64,000 bases of DNA. Source: Vampirovibrionaceae bacterium NZW_1234. Its GTDB lineage: Bacteria > Cyanobacteriota > Vampirovibrionia > Vampirovibrionales > JAGQHJ01. The notes beneath the pieces were generated by a model that made no database searches, was not told the origin of the DNA, and saw only the letters and a list, made by a program, of their open reading frames with translations. Of this stretch, positions 9,727 to 19,698 are shown in pieces. The position numbers were made by a program, and so were the translations under genes. The DNA lies in assembly GCA_041697335.1 (NCBI GenBank), contig JBGUGD010000015.1, forward strand, positions 128,001 to 192,000, in the 5' to 3' direction. The stretch's first letter is position 1. Each line of letters opens with the position of its first letter.

Positions 9727-10677
9727 TCATCCGCCAACCATGGCCGTCTGTAATATACATTCTACCAGCTCATCGTAGCCCACCCCCATGCAATTGGCCT
9801 GGGCCGGCAAATCGCTGAGATCCGTCATCCCCGGGATGGTATTGACCTCGAGAATGTAAAATCGGTTCTGGGCGTCGACCACAAAGTCGATACGCGAAAC
9901 CCCATGGCACCCGACCGCCTGGTGGGCTTTCAAGGTGGTTTCCTGGATGGCCTGAGTGACGTCCGGCGGCAATTCGGCGGGTAAGACAAACTCGGTCATG
10001 CCTTGGGTGTATTTGGCTTCCAGATCGTACCACTCGGTCTTGGTCCGTAATTCCAGAATGGGGGTCACCACGGGCTTGCCGTCCTTGTTGAAAACACCCA
10101 CCGTGATGGATTTACCCGGGACAAATTCTTCAACCATAATAATGGGGCTGTGATCGGCGGCCAATTGCAGGGCCGATTCCAGATTCGCCTTTTCGTTGAC
10201 CTTGGACATCCCGATGCTGGAGCCTTCGGTAGCGGGTTTGACCATTACGGGAAAACGCAGCTCTTCGAATCGCTCCAAGGGGAAATGATTCCGGCCGTTA
10301 CGCTTGATGGTAACCGAGGGAATAATGGGCAAGCCTTCGGCCTTCAGGATTTTCTTGGTCGTATCCTTGTCCATGGTAATGGCGCTGGCAGCCACCCGAT
10401 TGCCGGTGTAGGGAATCCCGAGGATTTCCAGCAAGCCCTGGATGCAGCCGTCTTCCCCGTAACGCCCATGAAGCGCCAGGAAGACCACGTCCACCTTTTC
10501 CTTCACCAGGCGCTCAGCCACCTGGCGATCCATATCGATCATGACGCTGTTCTGATAGCCCAGGCGTTGCAGGGCCTCGAAGCAGTTTTTCCCCGAGCGC
10601 AGGGACACGTCCCGTTCTGAGGACAGTCCTCCACAGAGGACGGCAATTTTTGCAGATTTATCAACGCTTCCAGGCAT
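9727..10677 (-). CDS. ddl: D-alanine--D-alanine ligase
   Basis: GGLSSERDVSLRSG, LHGRYGEDG, EGSSIG and LEVNTIPGMT motifs. Confidence 0.97.
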   Translation of the reverse strand: MPGSVDKSAKIAVLCGGLSSERDVSLRSGKNCFEALQRLGYQNSVMIDMDRQVAERLVKEKVDVVFLALHGRYGEDGCIQGLLEILGIPYTGNRVAASAITMDKDTTKKILKAEGLPIIPSVTIKRNGRNHFPLERFEELRFPVMVKPATEGSSIGMSKVNEKANLESALQLAADHSPIIMVEEFVPGKSITVGVFNKDGKPVVTPILELRTKTEWYDLEAKYTQGMTEFVLPAELPPDVTQAIQETTLKAHQAVGCHGVSRIDFVVDAQNRFYILEVNTIPGMTDLSDLPAQANCMGVGYDELVECILQTAMVGG

Positions 10678-11590
10678 GACCGGTCAGTTCCTCCCACAGG
10701 GCTATTTCTTCGGACGTGGCATCGCCAAGAAACCGGTTCTCGGGGTGGGCTTCCAACCCGGTCCGGGCTTCAATGGTCCGTTTCATCCGTAACATCAATT
10801 TTAAAATATCGGTTGAGGTGGCGTGACCCATGTTCACAATGAAGTTGGCATGCTTGGGGCTCACCATGGCCCCGCCTTCGGTCCACCCCTTGGCTCCGGC
10901 CTCGTCCAGAATCTTCCCGGCAGGCTGCTCCTTGCTGGGGTTCTTGAAAACACTCCCGCCATTGGGTTCTTTGGGGTGATGTTGCTGACGAAACACAAGG
11001 CTTTTCTGGATCAATTCGGCAATCTCCGAGGCCGTGCCCGGGCGAAAGGTGAGCTGGGCGCCCAGGACCACATGGGTTGCCGGGTCGACGGCACTTTTGC
11101 GATAGGAAAAGGCCAGTTTCTCTCGAGACCAGGTTTCGACAACGCCGGACACGATGTTGAACAAATACGCTTCATCCAGGATTTCAGCCGTTTCTTGGCC
11201 CATGGCCCCGGCATTCATGGAAATGGCCCCGCCCAAGGTCCCCGGCACCCCAATCATAAACTCGGCCCCGGTCAACTCATGCTCCTGCGCGAGGGTGGCC
11301 ACCCGAGCCAAGGGCATGCCCGCCCCGATTTTAAAGGTGTTGGGGCCCAATTGCTGGGACGACATCAGGCGCTTGCCCAAAAACGTCACACCTCGAATGC
11401 CCTGGCTCGCGATAATGGTATTGGCGCCGCCGCCAATCACGGTGACGGGACACCCTCGGGTGCGAACCTCATTTAAAATGGCCAGTGCCTCTTCCAGGGT
11501 CTTGGGCATGTAGGGTTCATCCAGAATGCCACCCACCCGATAGCTGCAATATTGGGCCCCCATGACCCGCTCCTGGACCGGTTGAATCAT
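10661..11590 (-). CDS. murB: UDP-N-acetylenolpyruvoylglucosamine reductase
   Basis: GVPGTLGGAISMNAGA, FSYRKS, GSVFKNP and KHANFIVN motifs. Confidence 0.96.
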   Translation of the reverse strand: MIQPVQERVMGAQYCSYRVGGILDEPYMPKTLEEALAILNEVRTRGCPVTVIGGGANTIIASQGIRGVTFLGKRLMSSQQLGPNTFKIGAGMPLARVATLAQEHELTGAEFMIGVPGTLGGAISMNAGAMGQETAEILDEAYLFNIVSGVVETWSREKLAFSYRKSAVDPATHVVLGAQLTFRPGTASEIAELIQKSLVFRQQHHPKEPNGGSVFKNPSKEQPAGKILDEAGAKGWTEGGAMVSPKHANFIVNMGHATSTDILKLMLRMKRTIEARTGLEAHPENRFLGDATSEEIALWEELTGHAWKR

Positions 11591-13050
11591 GAATCGGCCG
11601 CCTTTGCCTGGGCCACCAGGGTTCGCCCAACCTGGGTAATGTCACCGGCGCCCATGGTAATGAGCAAATCATCGGGTGTGAGCATGGTTTTCAACCGGGC
11701 CACAACCAGGTTCCAATCCATCGACGGCCAATACTCGGCAGCCGGGTGCTCCATGGCCTGGACAAAGGCCAGGCTGTTAACCCCATCGATGGGGGCTTCA
11801 CCGGCGCTATAGACATCCACAATAATCGCTTCATCGGCATCCTCGAAGGCCTCGGCGAATTCCTGCCACAGGGCCTGAAGCCGTTGATACCGGTGCGGCT
11901 GAAACATCGCAATCACCCGCCCCTTATAGCGATTAAATTCCCGAGCCGCCTTCAATGTGGCCCGCACTTCGGTGGGGTGATGGGCGTAATCATCAATGAT
12001 CCGCGCCCCGTTAACCACCCCGAGCTGCTCAAAGCGGCGGCCCATGCCGGTAAAGTTCTCCAGGGTGCGACGAATGACATCGAAAGGAACACCCAGACGG
12101 TGCCCGATAATGGCGGCATACATAGCGTTGGACAGGTTATGGCGCCCCGGCACCTGAAGCCACAGGGAGCCAAGCCGGTTGTGGCCCTCATACACATCGC
12201 CCTGGTAACCGCCTTCCAGATGCACCAATACGTTGTCGAGCCAATAATCATCGCCGGTGTACTGCTCGGGCGCAGACTCGGTCCAGACCCGAAGGCCCGT
12301 CAGGCGATGCCCGAACTCCTGATACAACTCCCGGGTCACCGGGCAGGACATATTGAAAAGAACCGTCTGCTGGGGGCCCAAGGCGCTTAAATAGGTTTGA
12401 AAAGTTCGGATGACAGCCTGAAGCCCATCCTGATAATGATCCGGGTGATCCAGTTCCAGATTGGCAATCACCGAAATCCCCGGCTGATACTGCACCACCG
12501 TGCCATCGGATTCATCGAGTTCGGCGACGGCATAGCGGGTGTCCTTGCCACATTTGGCATTGGTGCCAAGCTGCGGAATCTTCCCCCCGGCAATAATCGT
12601 CGGATCCAGGCCCCCTTGCTCCAGCACCATCCCAACCATCCCGGTCATGGTGGTTTTTCCGTGGGTGCCGGTCAGGCCAATAGCCACCTCAAAGCGTTTC
12701 AGGATTTCCCGAAGCATGTCGGAACGATGGTACAAGACCAGGCCTTGCTGTTGCGCCGCCTGAACCTCGGGGTTCTGGGTCGAAATGGCCGAAGAGGTGA
12801 CCACAATCGCGCCGGATGGTACATTTTCGGCCTGATGTTGAGCCGAAATGGTGCCGCCCAGATCTCGAAGCGTGGTGAGCATGGGGCTGTCCTTGGCATC
12901 GGAACCGGAGACCGTAAAGCCTTGGCTCAGCAAGACTTTGGCCAAGGCGCTCATGCCAATGCCACCCACCCCGATAAAATGAATGGGCGTGGCTTTATCC
13001 AGATTCAACGGGGCCGGGTTGGGGCGATTCAGCAATTGGGTCTCCGACAT
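11587..13050 (-). CDS. murC: UDP-N-acetylmuramate--L-alanine ligase
   Basis: IHFIGVGGIGMSALA, GTHGKTT, ELDESD, DDYAHHPTE, FQPHRY and MGAGDI motifs. Confidence 0.97.
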   Translation of the reverse strand: MSETQLLNRPNPAPLNLDKATPIHFIGVGGIGMSALAKVLLSQGFTVSGSDAKDSPMLTTLRDLGGTISAQHQAENVPSGAIVVTSSAISTQNPEVQAAQQQGLVLYHRSDMLREILKRFEVAIGLTGTHGKTTMTGMVGMVLEQGGLDPTIIAGGKIPQLGTNAKCGKDTRYAVAELDESDGTVVQYQPGISVIANLELDHPDHYQDGLQAVIRTFQTYLSALGPQQTVLFNMSCPVTRELYQEFGHRLTGLRVWTESAPEQYTGDDYWLDNVLVHLEGGYQGDVYEGHNRLGSLWLQVPGRHNLSNAMYAAIIGHRLGVPFDVIRRTLENFTGMGRRFEQLGVVNGARIIDDYAHHPTEVRATLKAAREFNRYKGRVIAMFQPHRYQRLQALWQEFAEAFEDADEAIIVDVYSAGEAPIDGVNSLAFVQAMEHPAAEYWPSMDWNLVVARLKTMLTPDDLLITMGAGDITQVGRTLVAQAKAADS

Positions 13051-13068
13051 CACAGCATCCTCCCCACG

Positions 13069-14622
13069 CTAACCGGACACGGAACCGGAGGCGGGAAGGC
13101 CCCCATGTTTTTGGCGCATATAGTCCTGCACAACCTCGCGATCGTCAAAGTGAATGGTCCGGTCCGCCAGAATTTGATAATCTTCATGGCCTTTTCCGGC
13201 GACCACCACAATATCCTGGGGCCGGGCCCAGTCGATGGCCTTGTGGATGGCGGCCTTACGATCGGCGTCCACCGCCATGCGGTTGGCATCAAAGTTGGGA
13301 ATCCCGGCCAGGATATCGTCAATAATCTTCTGTGGGTTCTCGGTTCGGGGATTATCGGAGGTCACGACCACCAGATCCGCCAATTCGGCGGCAATAGCCC
13401 CCATTTTTGGACGTTTGGTGGCATCCCGATCGCCACCGCAGCCAAACACCGCAATCAGGCGACCATCCTGGGGGGTGACAATCCGAGCCGCAGCCAGAAT
13501 ATTCTGCAAGCCATCGGGGGTGTGGGCATAATCCACAATCACCGCCGGGGACTGGGCCACCACTTCAAACCGGCCCCGAACCCCTTCGACTTCTTCCAGG
13601 GCCTGTTTAATGGTCTCCAGGGGAATCTTCATCCCGACCGCCGCCGCCACGGCAGCCAGAGCGTTATACACACCAAACTGCCCGGCAATTTTCAGATTCA
13701 AATGGACATCGCCAGCGGGTGTGACACAACGGAAGGAGGCCCCATGGATGGTGTAGTTCACCTCTTCGGCTCGCACCCGGGCTTCCGGGTGTTTCAGGGC
13801 ATAGGTAATCACATCCACGTTGGTGGGGCAGACTTCGATAAATTTCTGGGCATGCTCGTCATCCAGATTGATGACGGCGGTTTTCGGAGTGTCCCAGCGG
13901 GGGCGCAAATCGGAAAAGAGCTTGGTTTTGGCCTTGCGGTAGTTTTCCATGGTGCCATGAAAATCCAGGTGGTCCTGGGTCAGGTTGGTGAACACCGCCA
14001 CATCGAAATCACAGCCATAGACCCGGTATTGCTCCAGCGCATGGGAGCTGACTTCCATCACCAGGGTGTCATGGCCATCCTCGACCAGGGTTTTGAGAAA
14101 TGCCTGAAGCTCAACAGCCATAGGGGTGGTGTGCTTGGTGTCATCGTAAGTGTCCTTGCCCGACGACTTGAAGCCCAAGGTGCCCAGAAGGCCGACTTTT
14201 TTGCCCGAGCGGGCCACGATTTTCTCGATCAGGTGCGTGACCGTGGTTTTGCCATTGGTGCCGGTGACCCCAATGGTTTGAATCCGTTCGCCGGGCTTGC
14301 CGTAATAACGCCCTGCGAGGACGGCCAGGGTTTTGTAGGTGTTTTCGGCTTTCAATACGGGATAGGTATCCAAAAGCCCTTTGGGCACTTTCTTGATGTC
14401 TTGGGCCACGATGGCAATGGCCCCAGCCCGAATGGCGGGCCCGATGTACTCATGCCCGTCGGTATGGGCGCCTTCCAGGCACACAAAGACAAAGCCTTTT
14501 TCCACTTTACGTGAATCAGCCGTAATGCCTTTGACCTGTTTGTCTTCAAAATGCTGAAATACACCCCGCTGAAACGGACGCACATCCTCTTCCAAATACG
14601 CAATCAGCTCTCCCAAGTTCAT
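13069..14622 (-). CDS. murE: UDP-MurNAc-tripeptide synthetase (meso-DAP ligase)
   Basis: GTNGKTT, MEVSSH, NLTQDHLDFH, DYAHTPD, DNPR (DAP specificity) and GKGHE motifs. Confidence 0.97.
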   Translation of the reverse strand: MNLGELIAYLEEDVRPFQRGVFQHFEDKQVKGITADSRKVEKGFVFVCLEGAHTDGHEYIGPAIRAGAIAIVAQDIKKVPKGLLDTYPVLKAENTYKTLAVLAGRYYGKPGERIQTIGVTGTNGKTTVTHLIEKIVARSGKKVGLLGTLGFKSSGKDTYDDTKHTTPMAVELQAFLKTLVEDGHDTLVMEVSSHALEQYRVYGCDFDVAVFTNLTQDHLDFHGTMENYRKAKTKLFSDLRPRWDTPKTAVINLDDEHAQKFIEVCPTNVDVITYALKHPEARVRAEEVNYTIHGASFRCVTPAGDVHLNLKIAGQFGVYNALAAVAAAVGMKIPLETIKQALEEVEGVRGRFEVVAQSPAVIVDYAHTPDGLQNILAAARIVTPQDGRLIAVFGCGGDRDATKRPKMGAIAAELADLVVVTSDNPRTENPQKIIDDILAGIPNFDANRMAVDADRKAAIHKAIDWARPQDIVVVAGKGHEDYQILADRTIHFDDREVVQDYMRQKHGGLPASGSVSG

Positions 14623-14852
14623 GGCGCCAACATCCTTTCCAGAGCAACTTTACACGGAACGGTTCTCTGCATTATTGTAACAGGTTCAGGCGTCAAACGG
14701 CCATATATACCGGCACCCATATCGCTTGGCAACCCTTCGCGCCAACAGAGCAGGCCGAGGCATTCAAGATCCATGACCGATGGTCGAAGACAAAGGAGAG
14801 TTACTGCCTCTTGCGCTCCTCTCTGACGCTTGAAAAGATTACCCCGGAAATA

Positions 14853-15884
14853 ATGGCTATGACCCAAACATCTCTTGATGCAACCTGGAAACAATGGCTT
14901 GCCAGTTGCATGATGCATGGGGCCGATCCGGCCTACCTGAAAGAAGTCCTGTTGAAGCAAGGCATGCCTGCCCATGATGCCGCCCTGGCCGTGGAAGAGG
15001 TTCTAAACCACCCCTATGTGGAAGCCGGGCGCCATGTGGCCCGCATGCAAAAGCAACTGGAATGGTTGTTGAATATCTACCAGCAAGTCCATCGCCTGTC
15101 GCCGCAGTATGGCGAAATTGAGCGCCGCAGCGGGTTGACCCGGGAAACCCTGATTCGGGAGTATGTCTCCGTCAACCGGCCCGTCGTGATTACCGATATG
15201 GCCAAGGACTGGACCATCTCCGAGCGATGGACACCGGACTATCTGAGCGAAAAATTCGGCGACATCGTGATTGAATTTCAACGCTACCGGCATGACGGCT
15301 CTCAATTTGAATTGATTAAGGATCATCTTCCGTTTAAAACCTTTCTGGCCCAACTGGCTTTGATTGAAGAGGCCAATGACTTCTACATTACGGCCTACAA
15401 TACCCATATGCACCAGGCCCTTATGGATGGGCTGATTGCCGATATTGACGGCACGATTCCCGATTATCTGGACATGGCCGACCACCAGAAGAAAGCCTTT
15501 GTCTGGATTGGCCCGGCCGGGACCCTGACCCAGCTTCATTTTGATTTGAACAACGGGCTGCTTCATCAGATCCAGGGTCGGAAACTGGTTCGTATGGTGC
15601 CGTCCTACCAGTTGCCCTATGTCTATGCCGAGCGGGGGACCTTTTCGCCCGTCAACCCCGAAAAGCCCGATTACCAAGCCTATCCGCTCTTTCAGCAGGT
15701 CCATATGACCGAAGTAATTCTGGAACCGGGGGATACGTTATTGATTCCCGTCGGCTGGTGGCATCAGGTCCGGGCATTGGATCGCAGCATTTCCATTACC
15801 TTTGCCAACACGACCTTTGATAACGCCTATTATGGCTTCACCCAGCTCTTTCCCCAACTCTTTGACCAGGGATGCGGGAAATAA
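14853..15884 (+). CDS. JmjC/cupin-like Fe(II)/2-oxoglutarate oxygenase
   Basis: NRPVVI, WIGPAGTLTQLHFD (HxD) and LEPGDTLLIPVGWWHQV; start uncertain (14811 TTG, 14853 or 14859). Confidence 0.85.
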   Translation: MAMTQTSLDATWKQWLASCMMHGADPAYLKEVLLKQGMPAHDAALAVEEVLNHPYVEAGRHVARMQKQLEWLLNIYQQVHRLSPQYGEIERRSGLTRETLIREYVSVNRPVVITDMAKDWTISERWTPDYLSEKFGDIVIEFQRYRHDGSQFELIKDHLPFKTFLAQLALIEEANDFYITAYNTHMHQALMDGLIADIDGTIPDYLDMADHQKKAFVWIGPAGTLTQLHFDLNNGLLHQIQGRKLVRMVPSYQLPYVYAERGTFSPVNPEKPDYQAYPLFQQVHMTEVILEPGDTLLIPVGWWHQVRALDRSISITFANTTFDNAYYGFTQLFPQLFDQGCGK

Positions 15885-15918
15885 ATCCTGTTTCAAAGGC
15901 AAAAACCGAACATTTTAC

Positions 15919-15985
15919 CCGTGCGGACAAATTGTCCGCACGGGGCTCCCCAATTTTTAACCGTGTGGACAAATTGTCCACACGG
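15919..15985. repeat. Palindromic element locus A: two 25-bp palindromes (15919-15943, 15961-15985), 17-nt spacer
   Basis: CCGTGCGGACAAATTGTCCGCACGG and CCGTGTGGACAAATTGTCCACACGG. Confidence 0.9.
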
Positions 15986-16237
15986 GACATGACGCCCCAA
16001 TAAGCGGAAAAACAAATGCTGCGGAATGATTTTTGAAGGAAATTTGACATAAAAACCTCGTCTGATATGGGTTTTTATTTTTGATATACCCAAAAACCCT
16101 TTATTTTAAACGTGTTTATTATTAAGATTTCCTTAAAATCCAACAATAGAGAGTATTTTTGAGTAAAATCACTCAAAATAATCCGATTTCAAACGTTTTT
16201 TCCCGCAAGAAAAGCTGGTTTTATTGAGCCAATTGAT

Positions 16238-17179
16238 TTAGCGGAAGAAATATTGGCGCAACGATGGAATTGAGGTTGGGTAGGTTTGGTAATAGTAGGT
16301 TCTTGAGGGTGTCCAGTCGGTCAGGACGAAATACTCAAAGGAATGCTCCATGCTAAAGTCGTTTTGCGGATAATTTTCAGGAAACGGCTTAAACGGAGAC
16401 GCATAACGAACGGCGGCAAGAGCAGCCTGATCCTGCACTTTGGAACCTGAGGATTTTTTCAGTTTCTGGGACATCAGGGTCCCATCCTTGGCCAGGGTAA
16501 AGGTCACCACGGCTCCGGAATTCTGGCGCTCATCGGCAGGGTTCCAGTGATGGCGAATCCGACGACTGACATCCTTCAAGTAGGGTCCCCAGTTCACACC
16601 GTTGATTTGGTAACGGGGATCATCCACATCAAAAAACATAAAGGAAAAGGGCAGGTTAATGGTGTCCGTGACATAATCGCCGGGCAAGGGACCAAAGGGA
16701 GCCGCATTACGCACTGCCCGCAAGGACATCTCATCCACGTCCCGGTCGCCGGAGGACTTTAACATCCGAGTCGACAACAGGCGCCCATCCCGACTCAGCG
16801 CCAAGAGGACAATGGGGCGAGGGCCCGTGTAGCGGGTCGGCAACTGCCAGTATTTCTCTATCGCATCTTCCAGGTTGGAATAGTAGGGACTGAGCATCAC
16901 CCGCTTCACATCGGAACTCATCACGTTATAAGCTCCACCGGTTCCAACCCCGCCACCAATGTTACTTGGCGCCTGGCGAGCGTTGCTGCCCTTAATTAAC
17001 GGCAGGCGAGTCACGATTTGAGTTTGAGGTGAATTCTTCCGGCTACTGGACCACAGGTTGTCCGACAAGGGCGCAGGCTGGGTGACCTTAGGCTGAACAG
17101 CCCACACGGCCAACGGGGTGGAAACCAACATCAACACCGTCATCAGACGGAGGATAACAGAGGGAGATGCAATGTGCAT
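16238..17179 (-). CDS. Exported protein with two TonB/TolA C-terminal domains
   Basis: Signal-peptide-like N-terminus; two repeats of DG.L....KSSG...D...L.AVR.A.PF.P.P. Confidence 0.85.
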   Translation of the reverse strand: MHIASPSVILRLMTVLMLVSTPLAVWAVQPKVTQPAPLSDNLWSSSRKNSPQTQIVTRLPLIKGSNARQAPSNIGGGVGTGGAYNVMSSDVKRVMLSPYYSNLEDAIEKYWQLPTRYTGPRPIVLLALSRDGRLLSTRMLKSSGDRDVDEMSLRAVRNAAPFGPLPGDYVTDTINLPFSFMFFDVDDPRYQINGVNWGPYLKDVSRRIRHHWNPADERQNSGAVVTFTLAKDGTLMSQKLKKSSGSKVQDQAALAAVRYASPFKPFPENYPQNDFSMEHSFEYFVLTDWTPSRTYYYQTYPTSIPSLRQYFFR

Positions 17180-17270
17180 GGCGGGTACCTACTTCAACTG
17201 CTCAAGCTTCCATGGCTCAGGATTATCTATGATGCTACAAGGAATTGCCTGGCAAGGAAACCCCTTGTAA

Positions 17271-19061
17271 TCAGTCATGACGTTTGGCTGAGGCCGTTTG
17301 TTTCATGGGGGTCTTGGAAACGGTCTTGGCACTGGCCACGGCATGCGGTTTCAGGCCCAGATAACTGGCCGTCTCGGTGGCCAACTGCTTAAAGATTGGG
17401 CCTGCAATGGTGCTTCCCCAAGCATTTCCGACCCCGGGGCTGTCGACCACCACCATGATCAGGACTTCCGGGTTTTCTGCGGGGAAATAGCCCACGAAAG
17501 ACGTAAAGAGTTCGTTGGTATAGCCCCGGCCATTCTCATTGGGCCGACGGGATGTCCCTGTTTTTCCGGCCACATGGTAGCCGTCTAGTCGCACTGTAGA
17601 AGTTTTTGCCGTTTCAATACTTTCGACCAACAGTTCCGTGACGGTCTTTGCCGTTTGTTCCGAGATAACCCGGTGTTTGACCACGTTGGATTGATTCCGC
17701 AAGACATGCGGCGTCACCCAGACACCGTCGTTGGCAATGGCCGCCACAGCAGAGGCCATTTGAATGGGGGTGGAGGCCAACCCGTAGCCAAAACCGATGG
17801 TGGCATGCGTCAGTTGGTCCCAATGCTTGGGTGAGTGAAGAATCCCGCCGGATTCCCCGGGGATATCAATGTGGGTGGGCTGCCCCATGCCAAAGGCTTT
17901 TAACAGGCGATGGTGCTCCACCGGATCCATCATTAATGAGATGAGCAGACTACCAATGTTACTGGAGTGCTGGAAAAGATAGACCAGGTCAATATCCCCC
18001 GGGGCGCCATGCTTGGCATAGTCGTAATTTTTGATGGTAAAGCCGTTCATGTGAATCTGCCCCGTGTCGTGCAAGCGGGAATTGCGGCTGATGACACCGG
18101 ACTCAAGGCCACAGGCGACGGTCAGAATCTTAAAGGTAGACCCGGGCGGATAGACATCGGTAATGGCCCAGTTCTTCAAGGTTTCCGGGGCGGTCTTGGC
18201 ATATTTCTCGGGATCATAGTTGGGCATCACGGCAAAGGCCAGAATTTCACCGTTTCGGGGGTTCATGACCACCGCCGCAGAGCGCTTGGCCTTAAACTCG
18301 GTCATGGCTTTTTCAAGGGCCGCCTCTGCGGCATACTGAATCCGGGCGTCCAACGTCAATTGGACGTCTTCGGCTTTCGGAAGGTTGGTCACCAGGTCCG
18401 AGTTGACGTTCTGGATATTGATAAAATCGCCTCGCCCGTTGTATTCCAAGTCGGGAATATCGGGGGCGGTCCGCAGGATTTTTTCGGCTGTCCGCTCGAC
18501 ACCGGCACTGATGCTGGCATCTTCATTGACATAGCCGATAACATGAGAAGCCAGGTTGCCCTGAGGGTATCGCCGCAACATTTTACGGGGCGTCTCGATG
18601 CCGGGCAGACCCAATTTCTGGATTTCCTGGGCCAGGGGTTTGGGGATGTTCTTTGCCACAGCAATGGTGTCATAGGGGAGCTTCAGGGTTTTCTCCAGCT
18701 TGCTAACAGGCTTTTTCAAAACGGGAGAAAGTTTCTCGGCAATTTCGGCAGGCGTCGTCTTGTAATAGTATCTGGGATGAGCAAAGACATCATACAAGGT
18801 GGTGTCCTGAGCCAGAATCACACCGTTTCGATCCAGGATACGCCCCCGGTTAAAAACGACCAGTGAATGGGATCTCAGGTCTTGGGCCTTCTTATTGTAG
18901 TGATGCAGATCCAAAACCTGAATTTCCAGAAGTTTGAGAACCACCAGCCCAAAGGCCAACAAAAGCAGAAGCCACACAAGCCGGAAACGGGTTAAACGCA
19001 GCCGAAGCATGCGCTGATACAACTCACTTTGGGACATGACGCCTGTGTGCCTAGAACCCAT
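17271..19061 (-). CDS. ftsI: Class B penicillin-binding protein (FtsI/PBP3-like)
   Basis: RGRILDRNG, RRYPQG, PGSTFK (SxxK), SSN and KTGT motifs; AAGGAG RBS before ATG 19061; follows an ftsL-like gene. Confidence 0.9.
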   Translation of the reverse strand: MGSRHTGVMSQSELYQRMLRLRLTRFRLVWLLLLLAFGLVVLKLLEIQVLDLHHYNKKAQDLRSHSLVVFNRGRILDRNGVILAQDTTLYDVFAHPRYYYKTTPAEIAEKLSPVLKKPVSKLEKTLKLPYDTIAVAKNIPKPLAQEIQKLGLPGIETPRKMLRRYPQGNLASHVIGYVNEDASISAGVERTAEKILRTAPDIPDLEYNGRGDFINIQNVNSDLVTNLPKAEDVQLTLDARIQYAAEAALEKAMTEFKAKRSAAVVMNPRNGEILAFAVMPNYDPEKYAKTAPETLKNWAITDVYPPGSTFKILTVACGLESGVISRNSRLHDTGQIHMNGFTIKNYDYAKHGAPGDIDLVYLFQHSSNIGSLLISLMMDPVEHHRLLKAFGMGQPTHIDIPGESGGILHSPKHWDQLTHATIGFGYGLASTPIQMASAVAAIANDGVWVTPHVLRNQSNVVKHRVISEQTAKTVTELLVESIETAKTSTVRLDGYHVAGKTGTSRRPNENGRGYTNELFTSFVGYFPAENPEVLIMVVVDSPGVGNAWGSTIAGPIFKQLATETASYLGLKPHAVASAKTVSKTPMKQTASAKRHD

Positions 19062-19425
19062 AATACTCCTTCGGCGGCCTGGTCTCCGGCGCATCAAGCA
19101 AATGGGACTGATACATCACTTTTGGAATCACGGTCACCGTCTCTTCAGCCATTTTCAGGCCTTTGACAGCCGCAGAGGCGTTAGCCACTTTCTGATAGGA
19201 TTGCACCCGATCCAGGGCAATGTGAAGATCCCGATTTTCTTCGTTCAACGCACGGGTTTCCCTGCCCAGCTTAATGGCCCGGCTTTCCAGAACGATCGAA
19301 ACACCATACAGGACCAACGAGGTGATAAAAAAGAGCGCGGTTAAAATGACCAAAACTCGCCATACCCACGTGGGGACGGACTCAAAGGGCATCTTCTCCA
19401 AAAACGTTTTGGCGTGGGCCAGCAT
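19051..19425 (-). CDS. ftsL: FtsL-like bitopic coiled-coil protein
   Basis: One TM followed by a coiled coil, overlapping the ftsI start; call rests on position and architecture. Confidence 0.55.
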   Translation of the reverse strand: MLAHAKTFLEKMPFESVPTWVWRVLVILTALFFITSLVLYGVSIVLESRAIKLGRETRALNEENRDLHIALDRVQSYQKVANASAAVKGLKMAEETVTVIPKVMYQSHLLDAPETRPPKEYYGF

Positions 19426-19698
19426 CGACTATCTCTATCCACCCGATTCGACTTATCTGCACTATTATACTGCCTAGACAGGCCCTCGGCAAAGTATTGG
19501 ACCATAACCTTGATTGCACGTGAATTCTCCTTGCATGCCCCCCAAAAGCATTCCCAATAGCAATCGACTTACCCAACTCGGATGTCGCCTGACATCGGTT
19601 CAACGGGCTTAAGACCCATCCCAAGAAAGGCCCTCGCATCTCGATGCTCAATTGGCCGGTATAATAACAATCAGGTGATCCCACGATGAGCCACGTCC

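Noticed and set aside
12397..14514. 705-aa plus-strand ORF
   Set aside because: Antisense shadow of murE/murC; no recognisable motifs
15964..15982. Paired DnaA-box-like 9-mers (TGTGGACAA / TTGTCCACA) next to AT-rich DNA, suggesting oriC
   Set aside because: Only two of six family members keep the 9-mer, the others change it symmetrically, and there is no dnaA/dnaN context
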